Position numbers and translations under genes: made by a program. Of a stretch of 49,015 nucleotides of DNA, positions 43,540 through 49,015 are shown piece by piece. The DNA comes from Clostridia bacterium (GTDB taxonomy: Bacteria; Bacillota; Clostridia; Oscillospirales; CAG-272). Each line of letters opens with the position of its first letter. The stretch's first letter is position 1. The stretch spans positions 71,871-120,885 of the forward strand of contig JAFTOT010000087.1 of NCBI GenBank assembly GCA_017463665.1, in the 5' to 3' direction. The notes below the pieces were generated by a model. It was not told the origin of the DNA. It searched no databases and was given only the letters and a program-made list of their open reading frames with translations.

Positions 43540-44760
43540 ATGCGGATCGCTGTAATCGGTGCGGGCGCTGCAGGGATGATGGCGGCGGGACGCGCTGCCG
43601 AGCTCGGCGGCGACGTCACTTTGTTTGAAAAGAACGCTTTCAGCGGAAAAAAACTGCGCATCACGGGCAAGGGCAGATGCAATGTCTGCAACGACTGCGA
43701 TGTCAACACCGTGATCGAGAACGTACCCACCAATCCGCGCTTTTTGTATACCGCTTTAAACGCTTTTGCCCCTGCGGATACAAAGGCGTTTTTCGAGGAA
43801 CGCGGCGTACCGCTCAAAACCGAGCGCGGCAACCGCGTTTTTCCCGTGTCGGACAACGCGGAGGAGATTGTGAACGCACTGCGTGCATATACTAAGGAGA
43901 ATGGCGTGCACTATGTGCCCGAGACGGTTCGCTCCGTGCGGATCGACGGCGACGGCTTTGCCGTCACTGCCGCACGCGACTATTCTTTTGACCGCGTGAT
44001 CGTGGCGACGGGCGGCGCATCCTATCCGCGCACCGGTTCCACGGGAGACGGATACCGCTTCGCGCGTGAAATGGGCATCGAGGTCACGGCACTTTCCCCC
44101 TCGCTCGTGCCGCTCGAGACTGTGGAGCGCGATCCTGCGGAAATGCAGGGACTTTCGCTCAAAAACACCGCGCTCGAAGTGATCGATACGGCAAGCGGCA
44201 AGTGCATCTACCGCGATTTCGGCGAGATGCTGTTCTCGCACTACGGCGTGACCGGACCGATGATTTTAAGTGCATCCTCGCATCTGCGCAAGGTCGAGAG
44301 CGGCAGATATGTCTTGAAGCTGGATCTCAAACCCGCGCTCGATGAAAAAACGCTCGACGCGCGTTTGCTTTCGGATTTCGGCAAGTTTGCCAACCGCGAT
44401 TTTGCCAACAGCCTCGGCGAGCTGCTGCCGCAAAAGATGATCCCCGTGATCATCAGACGCTGCGGCATTGATCCGCAGAAAAAGGTCAACGCCATCACCC
44501 GCGAGGAGCGCCGCGCACTGCTTGCACTGCTCAAGGGCTTTACCCTGACCGTCAAGCAGCCGCGCCCCATCAGCGAGGCGATCATCACCTCGGGCGGTGT
44601 CTCGGTCAAGGAGCTCTCCCCGAAGACCATGGAGGCAAAAAAGGTTCCCGGCTTGTTCTTCTGCGGTGAGGTCATTGACGTAGATGCCTACACGGGCGGA
44701 TTTAATTTGCAAATCGCGTTTTCCACTGCGCGCCTTGCGGCAGAAAACGCGATCTGGTGA
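43540..44760 (+). CDS. NAD(P)/FAD-dependent oxidoreductase, HI0933/YhiN (BaiN-like) family
   Basis: MRIAVIGAGAAGMMAAGRAA...GKGRCN...GGASYP..GSTGDGY...GGFNLQ. ATG 43540 lies 1 nt after the rpiR stop. The track ORF extends spuriously upstream. Confidence 0.85.
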   Translation: MRIAVIGAGAAGMMAAGRAAELGGDVTLFEKNAFSGKKLRITGKGRCNVCNDCDVNTVIENVPTNPRFLYTALNAFAPADTKAFFEERGVPLKTERGNRVFPVSDNAEEIVNALRAYTKENGVHYVPETVRSVRIDGDGFAVTAARDYSFDRVIVATGGASYPRTGSTGDGYRFAREMGIEVTALSPSLVPLETVERDPAEMQGLSLKNTALEVIDTASGKCIYRDFGEMLFSHYGVTGPMILSASSHLRKVESGRYVLKLDLKPALDEKTLDARLLSDFGKFANRDFANSLGELLPQKMIPVIIRRCGIDPQKKVNAITREERRALLALLKGFTLTVKQPRPISEAIITSGGVSVKELSPKTMEAKKVPGLFFCGEVIDVDAYTGGFNLQIAFSTARLAAENAIW

Positions 44761-44779
44761 AAGGATATATTGGATTTTT

Positions 44780-46102
44780 ATGATAGGAATTGCGATTGAC
44801 GGGCCGAGCGGCGCGGGCAAAAGTACCATTGCCAGGGCGCTTGCCAAAGAGCTTGGGTATATCTATGTCGATACCGGCGCCATCTACCGCACGGTGGGAC
44901 TCTATATGTACCGCGTCGGCGTTTCCACCGAGGATACCGCCGGCATCGAAAAGAACCTGCCCGATGTGCAGTTTGAACTGAAATACGAAAACGGCGAGCA
45001 GAAGATGTATCTTTGCGGCGAGGATGTCAGCGACAAGATCCGCACGCCGATCATTGCCAAATATGCGTCGGTCGTATCAGCGGTGCCGAGCGTCCGCGCG
45101 TTTTTGCTGGAAACGCAGAAAAAGCTTGCCCGCGAGAACAATGTCATCATGGACGGCAGAGATATCGGCACGGTCATCCTGCCAAGTGCCGAGGTCAAGA
45201 TCTTTTTGACCGCCTCTGCGGAGTCGCGTGCAGACCGCCGCGTGAAGCAGCTCGCCGAGAAAGGCGAGATCGTCGGCTACGAGGAGACGCTCGCCGCCAT
45301 CCGTGAGCGCGATGAACGCGACAGCGGACGCGATGTGGCGCCGCTGAAAGCCGCGGAGGATGCCGTGTTGCTCGATACCTCGGCGCTCACGCTCGAGGAG
45401 AGCGTTGCCGCCGCGAAAAAGATCGTGGAAGACCGCCTCGGCGAAAAAAAAACGCAGAAACAGTCTGTAAAAAATAAAGATAAAAACCATAGCGGTTTGT
45501 ACTATTGGCTCCTCAAATATGTCGCCCCCTTCGTTCGGCGATTGATGTGCGTGCATACCTACGGCACCGACAACGAGAAGAACGAAGGGCCGCTGATCAT
45601 CTGCGCTAACCATACCGCGATATTTGATGTGCTCTCGCTCGCCGTCAGCTTCAAGCGTCAGCTTCGCTATCTTGCCAAAAAAGAGCTGTTCAAGATCCCG
45701 CTGCTCTCGCAGCTGATCAGTGCGCTCGGTGCGTATTCGGTCGATCGCGGGGCAAATGATGTCGGAGCGATCAAAAAGACGCTCAGCCTGCTGCAGAACG
45801 GTGAAGTCGTTGCCATGTTCCCGCAGGGAACGCGGTATCGCGGCGTTGATCCGGCAGAAACGCCTGTCAAAAACGGCGTCGGCATGATGGTCTACCGCTC
45901 GCATGCGGATGTGCAGCCGGTATTCATTCGCGTCAAGGGGTATAAATACCGATTCCTGCGCCGCAAGGATGTCATTATCGGCGAGCCGATCCGCTATGAG
46001 GAATTCGGCTTTACAAACGGCGGCAAGGAAGAGTACGAGCGCGCGGCAAAGCTAGTGTTTGACCGCATCTTGGCGCTCAGAAACGAGGGACTTGACAAGT
46101 GA
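44780..46102 (+). CDS. cmk: fusion protein: cytidylate kinase + 1-acyl-sn-glycerol-3-phosphate acyltransferase-like (PlsC) domain
   Basis: The N-terminal half reads IAIDGPSGAGKSTIARALAKELGYIYVDTGAIYR...DGRDIGT (Cmk). The linker is Lys-rich. The C-terminal half carries NHTAIFD (HX4D) and FPQGTR (LPLAT). It is a single ORF in the track. Confidence 0.85.
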   Translation: MIGIAIDGPSGAGKSTIARALAKELGYIYVDTGAIYRTVGLYMYRVGVSTEDTAGIEKNLPDVQFELKYENGEQKMYLCGEDVSDKIRTPIIAKYASVVSAVPSVRAFLLETQKKLARENNVIMDGRDIGTVILPSAEVKIFLTASAESRADRRVKQLAEKGEIVGYEETLAAIRERDERDSGRDVAPLKAAEDAVLLDTSALTLEESVAAAKKIVEDRLGEKKTQKQSVKNKDKNHSGLYYWLLKYVAPFVRRLMCVHTYGTDNEKNEGPLIICANHTAIFDVLSLAVSFKRQLRYLAKKELFKIPLLSQLISALGAYSVDRGANDVGAIKKTLSLLQNGEVVAMFPQGTRYRGVDPAETPVKNGVGMMVYRSHADVQPVFIRVKGYKYRFLRRKDVIIGEPIRYEEFGFTNGGKEEYERAAKLVFDRILALRNEGLDK

Positions 46103-48066
46103 AGGTAACCGTAGCGAAAGAAGCGGGGTTCTGCTTCGGTGTCAAACGTGCGACCGACTTCGTTGAAAAAGAGCTCGTGGGCAGCGCCGAGGTATACATC
46201 CTCGGGCACCTGATCCATAACCGCATCTATAACGAACAGCTTGCAGAGCGCGGCGCAAAGGTGATCGGCATCGACGATGTGGAAGCGATCGCAAAGCAGG
46301 GCAGAGAAGCGCGCGTGATCATCCGCACGCACGGCATCCCGAAGGGACAGGAGCAGCATCTGCGCACGCTCGAGGCGCAGTATCCGAATCTGCTCATCGA
46401 GGACATGACCTGCCCGTTTGTCAAAAAGATCCATAAGATCGCCGACGAAAATACAAGCGCGGATACCACGCTTGCCGTGGTCGGCAATCCCGTGCACCCC
46501 GAGGTGCTCTCCATTTTGAGCTATGCCAAGGGCGAAAGTGCGGTCTTTGACAGCGAAGAAACGCTCGAAAAGTATATCGAGCAGGAAAAAAATCCCGAAA
46601 AATCCATTATTTTGGTTGCGCAAACCACTCAAAACACATCACTTTGGAAAAAATGTGAGAAAAAATTCAAAAAAGTATATACAAACGCAATTATTTTTGA
46701 TACAATATGTAGTGTTACGGAAAAAAGGCAGTGTGAGGCGGCAGACCTTGCACAGCACAGCGACGGTATGATCGTGATCGGGGGCAGAGAAAGCTCCAAC
46801 ACGCACAAGCTGTTTGAGATCGCCTCGGCACACTGTAAGAAGTGTGTTCTCGTGGAGAACGCCGAGGAAATTCAAAAAAGCGATTTTTCCGATTGCATTT
46901 CTATTGGTATTACGGCCGGGGCTTCCACTCCGAGCGGTATTATAGAGGAGGTATATAAAACCATGGCAGAACTTGAAAACTTTGAAGAACTTCTTGAGGC
47001 TTCATTCAAAACTTTAAATACAGGAGATACCGTAGTCGGCACAGTTATGTCGGTTTCGAACAACGAGATCCGTCTTGACCTCGGCGCAAAAGCAACGGGC
47101 GTCATTACATACGACCAGATTACCGACGAGCCGGGCGCAGATCTGAATGCAATGTTCAAGATCGGCGATCAGGTTGAGGGCTTTGTAATCAAGGTCAGCG
47201 ACATCGACGGTATCGCTGTACTGTCCAAGAAGCGCGTTGACTCCGACAAGAACTGGAAGTATATTGTCGAAGCTAAGGAAAACGACACCGTTCTCGAGGG
47301 CAAGGTCGTTGAGGCTGTTAAGGGCGGCGTTCTGATCTCCCTTTCCGGTGTTCGCGTATTCATCCCCGCATCGCTCAGCGGCGTACCGAAGGGCGGCGAT
47401 CTTCAGACGCTCGTAGGCACCACCCAGAGAGTGAAGATCATCGACATCAACGAGCAGCGCCACAGAGCATATGCTTCGATCCGTGCCGTACTCCGCGAGG
47501 AGCGCAAGGCAAAGGAAGATGCATTCTGGGCAACCGTTGAAGAGGGCAAGCACTATCAGGGTACCGTTAAGAATCTCGCTACCTACGGTGCATTCGTTGA
47601 CCTCGGCGGCGTAGACGGTATGGTGCACAACAGCGAGCTGTCCTGGAAGCACATCAAGCATCCTTCGCAGGTCGTTAAGGTTGGCGACGTCATCGACGTA
47701 TGGGTCAAGTCCTTCGACAAGGAGACCGGCAAGATCTCCCTCGGCTACAAGACCGACGACATGAACTCCTGGTACGTATTCAAGAATAAGTACGCAGTAG
47801 GCGATGTTGCTACCGTTAAGATCGTAAGCTTTACGCCCTTCGGCGCATTCGCTGAGATCGTTCCCGGTACCGACGGTCTGATCCACATTTCGCAGATCTC
47901 CAAGACCAAGATCGCACAGCCCTCTGACGTTCTTGAGATCGGTCAGGAAGTGGAAGTTAAGATTATCGACATCGACGAGGAGAAGGAAAAGGTCAGCCTT
48001 TCCATCCGCGCTCTTCTCGAGGATGCTGCAGCAGAAGCCGCAGAAGCTCCCGCTGACGCAGAGTAA
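46099..48066 (+). CDS. ispH: bifunctional 4-hydroxy-3-methylbut-2-enyl diphosphate reductase (IspH) / ribosomal protein S1-like
   Basis: The N-terminus GFCFGVKRA...HNRIYN...GGRESSNT is IspH. The C-terminal ~340 aa contain four S1 domains, for example GTVKNLATYGAFVDLGGVDGMVH and VKIVSFTPFGAFAEIVPGTDGLIHISQIS. The GTG start overlaps the cmk-plsC stop as GTGA. Confidence 0.92.
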   Translation: MKVTVAKEAGFCFGVKRATDFVEKELVGSAEVYILGHLIHNRIYNEQLAERGAKVIGIDDVEAIAKQGREARVIIRTHGIPKGQEQHLRTLEAQYPNLLIEDMTCPFVKKIHKIADENTSADTTLAVVGNPVHPEVLSILSYAKGESAVFDSEETLEKYIEQEKNPEKSIILVAQTTQNTSLWKKCEKKFKKVYTNAIIFDTICSVTEKRQCEAADLAQHSDGMIVIGGRESSNTHKLFEIASAHCKKCVLVENAEEIQKSDFSDCISIGITAGASTPSGIIEEVYKTMAELENFEELLEASFKTLNTGDTVVGTVMSVSNNEIRLDLGAKATGVITYDQITDEPGADLNAMFKIGDQVEGFVIKVSDIDGIAVLSKKRVDSDKNWKYIVEAKENDTVLEGKVVEAVKGGVLISLSGVRVFIPASLSGVPKGGDLQTLVGTTQRVKIIDINEQRHRAYASIRAVLREERKAKEDAFWATVEEGKHYQGTVKNLATYGAFVDLGGVDGMVHNSELSWKHIKHPSQVVKVGDVIDVWVKSFDKETGKISLGYKTDDMNSWYVFKNKYAVGDVATVKIVSFTPFGAFAEIVPGTDGLIHISQISKTKIAQPSDVLEIGQEVEVKIIDIDEEKEKVSLSIRALLEDAAAEAAEAPADAE

Positions 48067-48076
48067 TTTCACAAGT

Positions 48077-48126
48077 AAAAAGCAGTGTGCAATGCACAGC
48101 AGTGTGCATCGCACGCTGCTTTTTTA
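48077..48126 (+). terminator. intrinsic terminator (compound hairpin)
   Basis: AAAAAGCAGTGTGC ... GCACGCTGCTTTTTT encloses ATGCACA-GCAG-TGTGCAT. Confidence 0.8.
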
Positions 48127-48151
48127 TACACCAATATTAGAACAAAACCGG

Positions 48152-48180
48152 TTGACAAAAGTGAAATAATAGGATATCCT
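48152..48180 (+). promoter_or_regulatory. sigma-A promoter of the lipoprotein gene
   Basis: TTGACA (48152-48157), 17 nt, TATCCT (48175-48180). An AAAGGGGGAAG RBS precedes TTG 48204. Confidence 0.55.
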
Positions 48181-48203
48181 ATACATAGAAAGGGGGAAGT
48201 GCT

Positions 48204-48563
48204 TTGAAAAAAATAATCGCATCGATCGTTGTCATGGCACTGGCTGTGGTTATGTTGTCCTGCGGCAGTGTTGAAAAAGAGCTGTTAGGCAAATGGAAAA
48301 TAGAGGTCAGTGTGATGGGGCTTGCAGAGGAGCCCGAAACGCAATATTTAGAGATCGTTTTTACGGAAGACGGTACAGGATACGGTAAAATGCCGTTTGT
48401 AGCACAAGTTGATTTCGCATATGCGTTGGATGGCGAAGTAATGACGTTTGCGTATGTTGACAGGGACGGAACCAAGGTCGAAAAGACGGTCCCTTTTGCC
48501 CTCGAGGATACCACACTCACTTTTTTCTCTGATCGAGCCGATGTAGTATTAAGTAAGACGTAA
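48204..48563 (+). CDS. small lipoprotein, lipocalin-like (DUF5640-like) module
   Basis: The signal peptide and lipobox read MKKIIASIVVMALAVVMLSCGS. LLGKWKIEV...IVFTEDGTGYG...FAYALDGEVMTF matches the GxW...DGTG...Y.. pattern that also repeats in the BlaR1-like ectodomain. Confidence 0.7.
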   Translation: MKKIIASIVVMALAVVMLSCGSVEKELLGKWKIEVSVMGLAEEPETQYLEIVFTEDGTGYGKMPFVAQVDFAYALDGEVMTFAYVDRDGTKVEKTVPFALEDTTLTFFSDRADVVLSKT

Positions 48564-48612
48564 CAAAGGCGTTCTTTCGCCGGTAAAACGAGACAGCCTT
48601 CGGCACAATATC

Positions 48613-48648
48613 AAAGCACCAAGCTCCGATGAACTTGGTGCTTTTGAT
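48613..48648 (+). terminator. intrinsic terminator
   Basis: AAAGCACCAAG-N10-CTTGGTGCTTT-TGATTTT. Confidence 0.75.
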
Positions 48649-48674
48649 TTTGGTTGGAAGAAAAGAGGGGGCAA

Positions 48675-48814
48675 ACATCGCCGCCCGAGATCCTTCGCTT
48701 CGCTCGAGGATGACTAAGGGCGGGTTTGAGCAAAATGCTGATAAAAGCGTAATCCCCCGCTTGTCATCCTTGAACGGAGCCGCAGGCGCAGTGAAGGATC
48801 TTGCGGGGAGATGT
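48675..48814. repeat. MITE-like inverted-repeat element, copy 2
   Basis: The arms are ACATCGCCGCCCGAGATCCTTCGCTTCGCTCGAGGATGACTAAGGGCGGG and CCCCCGCTTGTCATCCTTGAACGGAGCCGCAGGCGCAGTGAAGGATCTTGCGGGGAGATGT. It shares the GATCCTTCGCT, AGGATGAC, GTCATCCTTGA, GAAGGATCTTG and GAGATGT cores with 27680..27832. Confidence 0.75.
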
Positions 48815-48867
48815 GTGCCAACTATTATGTTGCTTATTGAAGAAAATTGCGCATCAGTGGAGAGCTT

Positions 48868-49015
48868 TCAGGATTCCATGATCTCCTGCAGATACTGCTT
48901 ATACTCCGCTACGGCGCTTTCGGGGGCTTGGATCTTGACGAGTTTACCGAGGCCTGTGAGCCAGCCGAAAAATTGTGGGCTGATAAAGACGCGCACGGTG
49001 ACGTCAAAGGTGCCG
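48868..49015 (-). CDS. C-terminal end of an ORF entering from beyond the window (possibly a WYL/YafY-type regulator C-terminal domain)
   Basis: The minus frame is open to the window edge: ...GTFDVTVRVFISPQFFGWLTGLGKLVKIQAPESAVAEYKQYLQEIMES*. The pattern resembles the C-terminal extension of YafY-like regulators. Only 48 aa are visible. Confidence 0.35.
   Translation of the reverse strand, partial: GTFDVTVRVFISPQFFGWLTGLGKLVKIQAPESAVAEYKQYLQEIMES

Overview
This is a 49-kb chromosomal segment that looks like a moderately GC-rich Firmicute of class Clostridia. That taxonomic call is an inference from gene content: glgC-glgD-glgA-glgP, CIRCE-groES-groEL, an ispH-S1 fusion, YitT and FeoAB. I support about 45 protein-coding genes, one tRNA-Gln, and many sigma-A-type promoters and intrinsic terminators. 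I recognised no rRNA, CRISPR array, transposase, integrase or phage genes. Most long ORFs in the track that lie antisense to these genes are shadow ORFs.

Gene content in order:
- A hypoxanthine-DNA-glycosylase ORF running without a stop into an M18 aminopeptidase.
- A zinc-ribbon membrane protein with a Tyr/Asp repeat tail.
- A CitA/DcuS-type two-component pair.
- A DUF2325-DUF3793-flavodoxin operon.
- A long feoA-feoB operon that also carries a Cys-rich peptide, a short DtxR-like regulator, an AraC regulator and an HMA protein.
- tRNA-Gln, groES/groEL, an AGCS symporter and pncB.
- A glycogen cluster (glgC, glgD, glgA, glgP, GH13).
- A secreted BNR-propeller protein.
- yhcH, an aminotransferase, trpS, a GT4 transferase and a GNAT.
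- A BlaI/BlaR1-like pair.
- DUF45 and DUF362 genes, YitT, a hydrolase and rpiR.
- An FAD oxidoreductase, a cmk-plsC fusion and an ispH-rpsA fusion.
- A small lipoprotein and the C-terminal end of a possible WYL-type regulator.

Most interesting observations:
1. A BlaI/BlaR1-type repressor-protease pair. Its 1499-aa sensor replaces the penicillin-binding domain with a ~1170-aa modular ectodomain of unknown function.
2. Five copies of the palindrome GTTAGC-N4-GCTAAC, which link the feo operon, its embedded regulator and the flavodoxin operon.
3. Three intergenic arrays built on a shared grammar of a short word plus GC-rich hairpins in mirror order, and a two-copy MITE-like inverted-repeat element.
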